Of a stretch of 64,000 nt of DNA, positions 20,758 to 31,558 are shown in pieces. The position numbers and the translations under genes were made by a program. Under the pieces are notes generated by a model, which saw nothing but the letters and a program-made list of their open reading frames with translations, did not search any database and was not told the DNA's origin. The stretch lies in assembly GCA_965197925.1 (NCBI GenBank), contig CBDAOC010000018.1, forward strand, positions 96,001-160,000. Direction: 5' to 3'. The DNA comes from Nitrososphaerales archaeon (GTDB lineage: Archaea > Thermoproteota > Nitrososphaeria > Nitrososphaerales > UBA213). Numbering within the stretch: the first letter of the stretch is position 1; every line of letters starts with the position of its first letter.

Positions 20758-21050
20758 ATGGCACGAGCAACGAAAGCGAAAATAAGTATTTAGTAGATAT
20801 AAAGGCGGCGGAGAAGAGCATAAAGCTAACCGATCAGGCAAAGGAAGAATTGAGGGAACTTGGTATGATGAACGAAAAGGGAAAGTTGAAACTGCAGGGA
20901 GTGAGTCCAAAGATGCTGAAGCGTATGAAAACAGAGTATGTAGACTGTCCAGTATTAAAACAAGAGATTAGTTTTGTGCAGTGTTATGTCTGTAAAAACT
21001 TTAGGAGTAGGATAAAAGGACAGGTTTATTGCAAAGGAGACCCACTGTGA
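20758..21050 (+). CDS. Small Cys-rich hypothetical protein, 5' end apparently frameshifted
   Basis: Four Cys (CP...CxxC...C). The frame stays open upstream of 20850 (ENKYLVDIKAAEKSIKL), but the nearest ATG (20758) is out of frame. Confidence 0.6.
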
Positions 21051-21057
21051 GTTGCCC

Positions 21058-21405
21058 TTACATTTGCAAGACTATACCGGTGGGTAAGATTCCAACAAAT
21101 TTCCAACCTTGAGGAATTAGCTTTTCCGACTCTTCACTAGTAGCTACCCTCTGAACAGTCCATACAGACACTTCTCCCAGCAAGGCAAGTATCTTTTGTA
21201 TTTGGTCAGGAATGGCTTTATCTATCCTAGTACACATCTCCTCTTTCTGCTTAAACAATGGATCTTCTTCCTTGATCTCTAGGTCCAAGAATTCCTCAGC
21301 CTGCTTAAAGGATTCACGCATTTCATTTACCAGGGATTCCGGTAAAACCCCTTTTGTTTGTCGTATACCTGGCCTCCATGCTTCCCTTGTGTCCCATCCA
21401 TAATA
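21058..21405 (-). pseudogene. C-terminal relic of an archaeal tyrosine integrase
   Basis: WMGHKGSMEARYTTNK (box II His and catalytic Tyr), then a frameshift into GVLPESLVNEMRESF...GWKFVGILPTG. Confidence 0.75.
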
Positions 21406-21528
21406 CTAACAAGATCAATATGAATAAACCTAAATCCAGATTTATCAAATAATTCCTTCCTACTATCACTTATCGTTTCTACTAAACATAACAACCAAAT
21501 AGAATTTTGGGATAGGCTAAGTTGATTT

Positions 21529-22187
21529 TCAGATTTCCTCGGATTTAATAAACTTATTTAGATGACGAGCAATAATATTATAGACTTGTATTGAAATGTT
21601 ATTGATTTTATATTTTTGGTCAGCCTTCCAGCTACTATGAATCCTCACACAATTTTCTGTTGGATCTAAATAAATATCTCCTTCCTCAAGTAATATTTCC
21701 TTCAGCAATGATTTCAGTTCAATATCTTGGTTAAGCTGATCTGCTATACTTCCTCCCTCCCACCAAACATCTATTATTTCTTTATGAATGATACCTTTGG
21801 TTCTTTTCCTAGTTCGAGCTAATAGTCGCTCTGTAATATTTTTTCCGTTACATATCACAACAAAATGGGCTTGGTGGTATGGTAGTGCACCCCATGGAGT
21901 CACTCGCTTGGAGATCAGCCACACCTCAATATTTGAATATAATCAAAGTTTTGATCTTTGACCCTGATAGTTCCAATATTATCGACCATTCTAAATATAC
22001 CACCAGAAAATAGACTACTGTAGTACGGCGGTTTTTCAATTTCCAGTTCATTCGAATCAACCAATTCAGCTTCGAGTCCTAAATTTTGGAGGTGTTTCAG
22101 AACATTCTTAAGCAGATCGGTCTCCACATACTCTTCCTTTCCTTCCATCCCCAATAAATAAATGAATCCACCAAATAAAGATTTCAA
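21529..22187 (-). pseudogene. Hypothetical protein, probably one gene split by a frameshift near 21920
   Basis: Two overlapping same-strand ORFs (21915-22187 and 21529-21924). Confidence 0.45.
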
Positions 22188-22218
22188 ATATCTGTTAACA
22201 TTTATTAATCATTGAAAT

Positions 22219-24036
22219 ATGCAAATTTTAATGGTAAAGCAGTCCTCACCATCTTCTTTGTCTTTTGATAATCAAGTTGTAGTTATTACTGGTAGCGGAA
22301 CTGGGATAGGTCAGGCAATAGCAAAAAAGTTTGCAGAACATGGTGCAAGCATAATTATCATGGGAAGAAGGAAGGAACCATTAGAAGTAACGACTGCTAT
22401 ATTAGACAAAATAATTAAACGTGTTAACAGCAATGGAAGAATATTTTCTTTTCCTGGGATTGATGTAAGCGATGAAGAGGGAATAACAAATATGTTTACT
22501 AATATAAAGAGGGAATTCGGAAAAGTCGATCTCGTGATAAACAATGCTGGTGTTTCAGGACCGGTAAAATGTTTTCCTTCCCAACCCTACAAGGAGTTCA
22601 GGGATTGTGTAGCAATACATCTAACAGGAACGTTTTGGACTAGTGTACAGGCCTTACGGTGCATGGAACGAGGTGGCAAGATCATCACCATTGCCACTTT
22701 TTTCACTGAAGAGAAACCATACGAACAACGGCCATACAGATTCAGAAGTCCATACACATCAGCGCAAGGTGCAAAAAATAGGCTTTCTGAAGCTTTTGCT
22801 TGGGAACTTGTGTCTAGAGGAGTAAGATCTTTAGCAACAAATCCTGGTCCTGTTCATTCAGATAGAATTTACAAAACTGTTTATCCCAAAGCAGCTGCAG
22901 AATTTCTTAGAATAGGTGGATATCCCAGCTTGACACCAGTTGATATTGAAATGATTACCGACAAATTGCTGCCAGTTTTAGGAGAATCTGATGATATTGT
23001 AAATAATGCAGTCATGAATGTGGTCAACGATATTGTAAAGGAAAAAGACTCTAAAAATGACATTGAACAAACTGCGAAGATTGTAAAGGATTGCTTGGCG
23101 AAGATGCAAGAAATCGCAGAAAAGATACAGAAGAATACAAGCAAAATGATCGTTGATAACCAATTCTTATCACAAGAAGAGACTGCGGACGTTGTCTTAC
23201 ACCTTGCAGATGATACAGTCAGTAGACTAATCAATGGGAGAGTGATTCCTGCTGACAGAGTTTTTTACCCTGTCAAACCATTGATTGCATCTCATGTTTC
23301 ATTGAATGAAAAAGTGCATTTGAAGGATGTAGTAGTTGTTTTTACTGTATCATCCACTTCAGGAAAAGACCATAATAGAGTTAAAGTGCTAATCGATGCT
23401 TTTGTAAATGCAGGTGCAAAATATGTTCTACTATTCTCCAAAGAAAACAATGAATCTGAATTGTTGAGTTTTTCCCAATATGAATTCAATCTAATAGATT
23501 TTGCGGATGAAAATGCGATAAGAAATACCTTTGATAATATTGTGAGAAAATTTGGTAGATTTGATGTTGTGATATATATTACAGGGGATTATGATTATGA
23601 GAAGGATTTAACGAAGTTAAGTAGATTAGAATGGGATTACCTTGTTGACAAATATATCAATGTCCCCGCCTTGGTATCAAAAGAAGCAATTAATGCAATG
23701 GTTCCAGGTGCGATGACAGAACCGTCAAAATTTAGGGATAGTAAGGGTACAATTATATTAGTCGGACCAGATGCCCCCATAGGCAAAAAAATACTTGGAC
23801 TGATTCGAGCTAGAGCGGAAGTGTTTAGGGGTGCTTTAAGGCCATTTACTGCAACTATTAATCAGGAATTGAGTGAGGCCTTGAAATCCTTGATAAGAGT
23901 TTATTTGTTATTACCTGGTAGTATAGATGGGTCAGAACCAGATGTCAATAAACTGGTAAACTCCACTGTGTACTTTGCATCGGGGGAGACGCAAGAGAGA
24001 ACCGAAGTCATCTATTACATAGATGAGTCTAGATAA
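22219..24036 (+). CDS. Two-domain SDR oxidoreductase, similar to the C-terminal half of malonyl-CoA reductase
   Basis: TGSGTGIG, PGIDVS, INNAG and NPGPV motifs, a helical insert, and a degenerate second SDR domain containing PFTATI. Confidence 0.85.
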   Translation: MQILMVKQSSPSSLSFDNQVVVITGSGTGIGQAIAKKFAEHGASIIIMGRRKEPLEVTTAILDKIIKRVNSNGRIFSFPGIDVSDEEGITNMFTNIKREFGKVDLVINNAGVSGPVKCFPSQPYKEFRDCVAIHLTGTFWTSVQALRCMERGGKIITIATFFTEEKPYEQRPYRFRSPYTSAQGAKNRLSEAFAWELVSRGVRSLATNPGPVHSDRIYKTVYPKAAAEFLRIGGYPSLTPVDIEMITDKLLPVLGESDDIVNNAVMNVVNDIVKEKDSKNDIEQTAKIVKDCLAKMQEIAEKIQKNTSKMIVDNQFLSQEETADVVLHLADDTVSRLINGRVIPADRVFYPVKPLIASHVSLNEKVHLKDVVVVFTVSSTSGKDHNRVKVLIDAFVNAGAKYVLLFSKENNESELLSFSQYEFNLIDFADENAIRNTFDNIVRKFGRFDVVIYITGDYDYEKDLTKLSRLEWDYLVDKYINVPALVSKEAINAMVPGAMTEPSKFRDSKGTIILVGPDAPIGKKILGLIRARAEVFRGALRPFTATINQELSEALKSLIRVYLLLPGSIDGSEPDVNKLVNSTVYFASGETQERTEVIYYIDESR

Positions 24037-24048
24037 TGAAATCATAAT

Positions 24049-25254
24049 TTAAATCCACTTTACCGTTGGTTCAACATTGGCAAATTTCCTTATATCCTCT
24101 ACGGTATGACTTCTAATCTCTCTTGTACTCCTGAACTTCCGGATTATTTTTCCATTCACAATTAAATCGGTTAACAATGGTCTACAACCTGATGGTACTT
24201 CATTACCCGCTTCACTAATTATGTCATGAAATTCGCCATCCCTGTAGACTTGCTTTCTCCCCCCGATATCGCCTCTCTTAGCCCTGTACACTCTTCGGTG
24301 ATTTTCAATGATCTCAACTATCTTGAAACTGAAGTCTATAGGTTCAGCGGAACTTACGTTGGTACCCACAAAGCCATCAACACAATCCCTAAGTTGTGTT
24401 ATTTCCTCTTCATCCAAACCTCCGGACACATATATTTTCACATACTTTCCTCCTCGTAAGTTAATCTCCCAGCGAGCTTCTTCGACAATTTTCCTCCTAC
24501 TACCACGTCTACTTGAGGGAGTGTCAATCCTAATTCCATGAAGTCTTTCCTTCAAAAGTTCTAACGCCATAATAGATTCCAATTTTTCATCGCATAATGT
24601 GTAAATAAGTGCTATCCTAGGTACATCACCTGGAACAAAATCATCAAATGCCTTCCATGCTTTCAATTGATCATTGAAGACAAGTATTAGGGCATGTGGC
24701 ATTGTACCCATAGGCATTATTCCCATTAGTTCAGTCCCTAACAAGTTCGAAACGCTGTCAAATCCACCAATATAGGCTCCACATTCTATTGTAGCAGCCA
24801 AAGCGGGATGTTATCGCCTTGTACCGAAACTAAAAATGGCTTTATCATCAGCCCTCCTTATCTTCGCTACCTTACTTGATACTCCGCTCGAAAAGCATAG
24901 AAAACCTAAAATCGGGTTTTCGAAAATCGCAATATCTGCATAATTTGCTTCTATCTGCATAACAGGTTCATAAATTGGAGACTCTTTTGGCGATTGAAAT
25001 ATTTCACCTTCTTCCATTGCTCTAACATTCACATTCATCCCTTGAAACAATTTAGATACCTCATAAATTCCCGTAACCACACCCCAATCATCCTCGACGC
25101 TTCTAGCAAAGACTTCGATTACGACACGAGGATTCTTATTCATACTTTTCAGTATGTCTCTAGTATAGACAAAATACACATCCGTTGTCTTTCCTTGTTT
25201 TATCTCATCTTCCTTGGATATCCAAAATATTCGATCGCTTGGCTCACTGTTCAT
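24049..25254 (-). pseudogene. pncB: Nicotinate phosphoribosyltransferase with an internal TAA
   Basis: TTDVYF, FGTRR*HP (TAA at 24811-24813, both halves in the same frame), GTMPHA, IRIDTP and VSGGLD motifs. Confidence 0.88.
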
Positions 25255-25664
25255 ATGTTGAATATTATATTGCGGCTCAACCCTTTCTCTTTCTCTTATT
25301 CTTGATGTGAAATGTACACAGTCAGAAGTGATCTGCAACCCTACACAATCATTGATCACGAGGAAAAGTATCTGAATAAGATCCAATAGCTGTAGATCAA
25401 GGAGTAATTTGTTCATAATATGTAAAAATCAAAGTCTATTAAATCAGTGTAAATCTACTTACAAATTATTAAGAACACATATGTAATCAAAGAAAAATAT
25501 ACTATACAAGTACCTGTATAGCTAGTAAATTTGAACGTCTCCAAGATAACATTTTGTTTGATTTTCGATAGATATCACTCTTCGTGTGAAAGAACCTACT
25601 TGATCAATTCATTTAAGAGAATTCCTCAGATCGCATCATAATAGTTTAACAAATAAGCCAACGG

Positions 25665-26759
25665 TTAGATAACACGTTCATATTCTTTCTCTATTTCAAG
25701 CAGAAGTTTATTTCCATCTATTACACCATCACTCTTTAATATCGCGCTTATACACGCCCCACCAGCACCGACCCCTTCTTTTACAAAACCATAGGCGTAG
25801 GCCCTTAGACCTTCCTTATTTGATTTACTCAAATTTGGATCACAGGAAAGTATTGGTACATCCCCAATGGAATTGACCAACTGGCGTATATCGGATGAGT
25901 TGTCATTCAGAATATATCTAGTAGTCCCTATAACTAGATTCTTGACGGCGTTTTTATCTATAGTATTAATGACCGATAGTACTGCTGCCATCTGTGTTCC
26001 ACCAGCAAGCATAACATTGGATTTTTTGGATGCTCCTAATGCAATTGATGCTACAGTTGGTATCATAGGATCCCCCAAATGTGCTATTGCTTCAAGTGGT
26101 TCATTTGCAAAGTTGCCGAACGTTATAGATGCTGAGTTCATTCCATGTTGGACTGTGGCTAATTTCAATTCATGGGGATTATCTGGCATACTGCTGCTGA
26201 CTTTGAACCTAGCGTCTACACCCATTGCCAAAAGCACTCCCAATGCAGTTGTGGTACCTGCAGGTATACTCTCACCGATAATAACATTATTCACGCTATC
26301 ACCAAGTTCACTACCAATTTTTATGCCTTTATCGAAAGCTTTCTTCACTAACTCTATATTCAACGCATGCCCACTAGCTATATTTTCTCCAATTGGAATT
26401 TCAAGTGTGGTACACGGAATATTTGGTTTAATCTTGCTTCCGGCATCAACTACTACTAATGGAATATTTGCTGTTTTAAGTGCCGCCCTAGTTATAAGAG
26501 CAGGAGTTGGCTTACCATCAGGAGTTGCAGGAATTCTGCTTATGCATTTACATTCTCCGTGGTAAAGAAATTCCGCATCTGCAGACGGAGTAAATTGAAT
26601 TAAATCTGGATTTGCTCCCGCTAAGGTTATTCCTGGTATTTCGCATGTTTTCGTATATGATATCACACATACGAAACAACAGTCCCTACCACGTGCTCCA
26701 TCTATAAATTTTCTTGCCCTATTTTCGTTTCCCGATACTAATATTTCATGAGACTGCAC
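25665..26759 (-). CDS. cobT: Archaeal-type nicotinate-nucleotide phosphoribosyltransferase CobT (TIGR00303-like)
   Basis: IPGITLAGA, PTPALITRA, GESIPAGTTTA, LAGGTQM and VKEGVGAGG motifs. Confidence 0.92.
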   Translation of the reverse strand: MQSHEILVSGNENRARKFIDGARGRDCCFVCVISYTKTCEIPGITLAGANPDLIQFTPSADAEFLYHGECKCISRIPATPDGKPTPALITRAALKTANIPLVVVDAGSKIKPNIPCTTLEIPIGENIASGHALNIELVKKAFDKGIKIGSELGDSVNNVIIGESIPAGTTTALGVLLAMGVDARFKVSSSMPDNPHELKLATVQHGMNSASITFGNFANEPLEAIAHLGDPMIPTVASIALGASKKSNVMLAGGTQMAAVLSVINTIDKNAVKNLVIGTTRYILNDNSSDIRQLVNSIGDVPILSCDPNLSKSNKEGLRAYAYGFVKEGVGAGGACISAILKSDGVIDGNKLLLEIEKEYERVI

Positions 26760-27376
26760 TAGTCTTCACTCTGCATGAACTTCTGGAACTCTTCTTTAGT
26801 TCTTGGCCTTAAGACAAAGTTAGTCCTCTTCTCATCTCCTATAGTCGAAACCTGCTTGTCACCATAATCATGGCCGGGATAAATTTGGACGCTATCATCA
26901 AATTTAACCAATTTCCCAAATAAGCTATCGTAAAGTTTAGAGGCACTTCCGCCTGGAAGATCAACTCTTCCACAATTCCCGACAAATAAAGTATCACCAG
27001 TAAAGAGTATGTTTTCTACAAATAAACAGATGCTATCATTCGAATGTCCAGGAGTGAAGAATACACGAATACTCAAGTCACCTAATGTGATGATATCACC
27101 CTCATCTACAGTAATATTCTTCTCAAGCTCAGAGTTCTTATGCATAATTGTTTCAATATTTCCCAGTGAGGCAAGTTGCTCATTTCCGGATACATGGTCG
27201 AAGTGAGTGTGTGTATTGATTATGAAGAGAATTTTAAGTTCATATTTTTCTAAGATATTCAAAACTTTATCCAGATCCCATGATGGATCTATTACTGCCG
27301 CAAGCTTACTCTTCTCATCGGCAATAACATATGTAAAGTTGGCCATTGAACCCACTAATATTTGCTTTACAATCAT
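26759..27376 (-). CDS. MBL-fold hydrolase (glyoxalase II/ETHE1-like)
   Basis: THTHFDH, TPGHS, FTGDTLF and YPGHDY motifs. Confidence 0.92.
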   Translation of the reverse strand: MIVKQILVGSMANFTYVIADEKSKLAAVIDPSWDLDKVLNILEKYELKILFIINTHTHFDHVSGNEQLASLGNIETIMHKNSELEKNITVDEGDIITLGDLSIRVFFTPGHSNDSICLFVENILFTGDTLFVGNCGRVDLPGGSASKLYDSLFGKLVKFDDSVQIYPGHDYGDKQVSTIGDEKRTNFVLRPRTKEEFQKFMQSED

Positions 27377-27386
27377 TATTATCTAC

Positions 27387-28127
27387 CTACCTGTCTGCTT
27401 CAGGGGGTATACCGATGGGCGCTACTATTATCTTTCCAAGGACACGTTTCTTTATGGCTAAACCCTTCTTCATTCTGTGAAAAGTTATAATAACATTTGC
27501 CGAAATGCATTTATCATGGATTTTACCGTTATCTGGATCAAGTCCTGATGGCACATCCACTGCGATTCTGTATGCATGCGATTTATTTATTACATCTATA
27601 AGGCTAGAATGGGGTTCTTTTATCTTACCCTTTATACCAATACCAAAGATTCCATCTATTATTATGTTAGCTTTGTTTATTAACCTGACCAATTCCTTGG
27701 TTACTTCCTTGGCAAGGATTATCTCTGTGCAATCCATTAGATCTATTATATTCCAGTTTAACCTTGCTTCCACTGTTTTCAGGTTGGCTGGGTTTCCAAG
27801 TAGGATCACCGTGACCTTCGGACTGTAATATGTGAGATGTCTGGCTACTACAAAGGCGTCTCCACCATTATTACCCGTCCCTGCGACAATAACAATTTTC
27901 TTTTTCTTCAACTTTTTGAACTTATTGAAGATGTAATCGGCTACAACACTTCCTGCATTCTCCATCATGAACGATCTTAAAAAGCCCATATTGTGTGCTT
28001 TTTCTTCTATCTCTCTCATTCTATCAGCCGTAATTGACTTCACACCCAGCATATCAACCGTCAAGAATATGGGCTTTGCTAAAGTAGCCTTGTTAAATAT
28101 AGGACTATTTGAGTAACCTGTTCTCAT
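27387..28127 (-). CDS. nnrE: NAD(P)H-hydrate epimerase (YjeF N-terminal domain); true start may be internal
   Basis: MENAG, GTGNNGGD, DGIFGIG and AVDVPSG motifs. Confidence 0.92.
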   Translation of the reverse strand: MRTGYSNSPIFNKATLAKPIFLTVDMLGVKSITADRMREIEEKAHNMGFLRSFMMENAGSVVADYIFNKFKKLKKKKIVIVAGTGNNGGDAFVVARHLTYYSPKVTVILLGNPANLKTVEARLNWNIIDLMDCTEIILAKEVTKELVRLINKANIIIDGIFGIGIKGKIKEPHSSLIDVINKSHAYRIAVDVPSGLDPDNGKIHDKCISANVIITFHRMKKGLAIKKRVLGKIIVAPIGIPPEADR

Positions 28128-28265
28128 TTAAATACAGAACATTCTTTCTCTTACCAATATACGATCGCTATTACTCTTATCAGCGTTAGAAAAATCAATC
28201 CTTTCCATACCCAATCATTTCCTAACCAACATATCAATTTCTTTCTTTCCTCACTTGATACCCAT

Positions 28266-30314
28266 TCATAGTGACTCGACTACCTTCCTAACCCTAATGT
28301 GCAATTTACCATTACTATGATAAAGTGTGGCAATACACTTGAATTCGGAACCCCTCTTCACAAGATCCCTCGGACCATCGTAGTCTTCAGCGTTCATTCT
28401 TGCATACCATTTGTCATCTATTCTCACAATTGCTGAACCCTGTATTATTTTCTCAACACTAACCATATACTCGTTCCCTTCAACTGGATTGAAGTTCTTT
28501 CTTAAAGCTATTGTATGATCGTTAATCCAAACTATCTGCCTAAGCCCTTCAAGCTTGTCACATGCAGTCTCTACCAATTGTTCATCCATATCAATGGAAT
28601 AAATATCTATTCCCTTCAATCCAGACTTTGTGATTTCTTTGTAGAGTTTTCTGGCCGCTCTATCAACTTCTCTCCTTGTCAGAGACACCATCGCCTGTTC
28701 CCGCATTGTTATTACAGGAGTTTCAGGGGTTGATGGCAATGCATCGATATTGGCTAAATTTATTGGAAACTCCTTCCTCCGGGGGAACATCTTCAGCTTC
28801 GTATTTAACGTTGACATTATTGATCTCATTGCCTGAACTCTCCTCTGGCTTGAATACAAGTACCTAGCATCTATAGAATCTCTCGTTGAAAGAATGATTA
28901 CATTTCCAGCCGTCTTTCTCCCAGTTCTCCCCCTCCTCTGTATGTACCTTATCTCGCTAGGTATCGGTTCGTAAAAGACTACGAGATCTACTTCTGGTAT
29001 ATCTAGTCCTTCTTCAGCTATCGATGTTGCTACCAGAACTTTGAAATCCCCTCCCCTGAACATCTCCAAAGTCTTGATCTGCTGTTCCTGTGTTAGACCC
29101 TCATCATGTAACTTCTTTGCCTGTCCAACAAATCTTGATGACTCTACACCATTTTTTTCCAAGATTTCTACAGCATGTGTAGCGGTATCTCTGAACTGTG
29201 TAAACACAAGAACCCTTGACTCTGCATTCCTTCTGAACTGCTCCTTTAGCAGATCCACAAGCAACAGCATCTTTGGATGCTCCCCTGTTAAAGAAAGCAA
29301 ATTTTTAAGTCGTTGTATTCTTGCATCTGATAATAGTATCTTGTGTGACCTCGAATTATCCTTACCCATTTTCTCCATGAATGCGAGTAGAGAGTATGCT
29401 CCCTGGCTCTCCAATAATTCCAGCGAATGAAATAGCGACATTGCAATTGAATTGTTCATCAGTGAGATCAAGAATGGGACCCTCTCCTCCTCCATGTTTA
29501 TCTCTATGTTATATCGCAACTCCTCTCCTGCATTTATCAGATCTTTCTTGTACACATACCGTGGATCCTTTCTGATTATCTTGCGTCTAACAAGCCATTC
29601 TATCCTTTCGTTAAGCATATCCCTGATCACCGATACCGCATTGTTATAATCATCTGGCAGAGAAACCCACTCCGATTCAATATTTATTGGATTTAGATAT
29701 GGACTTACATCTGTATCATCCTCGCTCCTGTACTCCAGTTGTTCAATGAATAGATTCTCGCATACATGCCGTATCCTCTCCTTATTAGCACCCGGACTGG
29801 CAGTCATTGCAAGTATCAATGGATAATCACACTGTTGTGCATAGAATTTGGCTATGGCAGTGTACGCGTAATCCCCTACAGCTCTATGACATTCGTCGAA
29901 TATAAGTAGGGAATAATCTGACAACATAAGTGTTTTATTCATAAGATCGTTCCTTACCACCTGCGGAGTTGCAAAGAATATCTTTGCGATGCTTCCCCAT
30001 ACAGCACTCCTGTAGTGCTGCTCAGTCTTACCGGTTAAAACGACAACGTTTTCCTCACTTATCCTCAGCTTCTTGATGTAGGTGTTCTTATGTTGTATTA
30101 TTAGAGGTCTTGTTGGAGCCATAATCAGAATCTTCTTGTCGCTGTATCGATAGAGTATATTAGCTACTATCAATGCAGAAATCACAGTCTTCCCCAGGGC
30201 AGTTGGAAGTGACACTAGGGTATTTTTCTTTGAAGCTGTAGATGCTATACTCTCCTGATACCTCCTGCTCTCTATTGCACCACTCCATATCAGCGGATGC
30301 TTTACATAGTCCAT
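28266..30314 (-). CDS. hef: Hef/FANCM-like SF2 helicase lacking an ERCC4 nuclease domain
   Basis: RRYQ, LPTALGKT, DECHRA, TASPG, EEGLDIP and QRRGRTGR motifs. No ERKx3D motif in the C-terminus. Confidence 0.88.
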   Translation of the reverse strand: MDYVKHPLIWSGAIESRRYQESIASTASKKNTLVSLPTALGKTVISALIVANILYRYSDKKILIMAPTRPLIIQHKNTYIKKLRISEENVVVLTGKTEQHYRSAVWGSIAKIFFATPQVVRNDLMNKTLMLSDYSLLIFDECHRAVGDYAYTAIAKFYAQQCDYPLILAMTASPGANKERIRHVCENLFIEQLEYRSEDDTDVSPYLNPINIESEWVSLPDDYNNAVSVIRDMLNERIEWLVRRKIIRKDPRYVYKKDLINAGEELRYNIEINMEEERVPFLISLMNNSIAMSLFHSLELLESQGAYSLLAFMEKMGKDNSRSHKILLSDARIQRLKNLLSLTGEHPKMLLLVDLLKEQFRRNAESRVLVFTQFRDTATHAVEILEKNGVESSRFVGQAKKLHDEGLTQEQQIKTLEMFRGGDFKVLVATSIAEEGLDIPEVDLVVFYEPIPSEIRYIQRRGRTGRKTAGNVIILSTRDSIDARYLYSSQRRVQAMRSIMSTLNTKLKMFPRRKEFPINLANIDALPSTPETPVITMREQAMVSLTRREVDRAARKLYKEITKSGLKGIDIYSIDMDEQLVETACDKLEGLRQIVWINDHTIALRKNFNPVEGNEYMVSVEKIIQGSAIVRIDDKWYARMNAEDYDGPRDLVKRGSEFKCIATLYHSNGKLHIRVRKVVESL

Positions 30315-30622
30315 ACATCTTATCTAATTTCACGTTAACTTATATCATATCTTTACAAATCTGAGGAAATTAGTGGATTAACCTTCTCCTTTGGATTTAC
30401 TTTTCTTCTTCATCAGATCTTCAAGCGTGTATTTTCCAACAGGTTCAAGATCTCAACGAGTTGCTTAGTTACAATATATGGTTTCTATGAGTCAAAGATT
30501 TAAAATAATTATTTGGATCGCATTTGATAGAATATGCGAACCTTTCTGGAGAGAGAGCGGGTAGAAAGCAGTATGTAGGATTTTTCCAAATTTCAAGTTG
30601 ATTCTGAAACAAAATATCATAT

Positions 30623-31502
30623 GAAGTCATCCCAATACTCTCCAATACATCATAATCGACGAAATGATAACAAATGCCAGATAGTTTTGTGCATTCTTCT
30701 CATATCTGATCCTGGTTCTGTGGAACCCATTCTTCAACCAGGCAAAGAATCTCTCCACAACATAGCGCGTCTTGCCGTATAGGTATTGTTCTGTATTATC
30801 ATTTTGTTGTTGTGTCTTACTGTTTTTTCTGTAAGGTATGCAGTCAGAGATTTTTCTTTTGGTGAGGTATTTCCTGATGAATTCTGCATCATAGCCCTTG
30901 TCTGCTTGGCACCGCGCAATTTTTCTGATAGATCTCTCATCCAGATATTGTGAGATGCCATCCATCACGTCTACAAATCTTGCAGAGTCATGCTGATTTG
31001 CAGGATCCATCACTACTGAGACTGGCAGTCCGTTTTGTTCCACCGCAACGTGTATTTTTGTGCCTGAAATCCTGTTGAATCCGTTGTATCCTATGACGCT
31101 TCCCCTTTTTTGGCCGGAACTGATGACGAATCGACCGTTTTTTGCAGCTGCATCTTGCCTGATCTGTGGGCTGATTTGACTGCAGCGGAGAGGATATTCT
31201 TCCATATTCCACGTCGCTGCCAGTTCTGCAGTCTGCGGTGCGCAGTTGATTTGGAGCCGTACCTTTGTGACATCCCAGTCCACCTGCATCCTGTTATCCC
31301 GACAAACAGGATTCCGTTGACTGTCTTTCTGTCGTCTGCCCTTGGCCTTCCGGTTCTGGCTGGCTTGGGGAGATGCGGTGATATCATCTTCCATTGTTCA
31401 CCTGTTATCTCCTGAAATTTCATGATCTGCTACGGGCAGCATTGCAAATAGATCCAAATGATCGTCAATTATTCACTAAATGATCAGTTTTGGGATCAGT
31501 TG
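30623..31502 (-). mobile_element. IS5-family element, 880 bp, apparently intact (copy 1)
   Basis: Imperfect TIR gaagtcatcccaatac / gttttgggatcagttg, 3-bp TSD tat (30620-22 and 31503-05). OrfA 31091-31423 and orfB to 30627 are joined at an A6G slippery motif. Confidence 0.95.
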
Positions 31503-31558
31503 TATGAAATATGCCCTAATCATACCACAAAAACCTTAAAGACGGAGACATAATTGTA

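Noticed and set aside
25867..26565. 232-aa plus-strand ORF and similar long antisense ORFs over core genes and transposases
   Set aside because: They lie opposite well-supported genes and have no motifs of their own.
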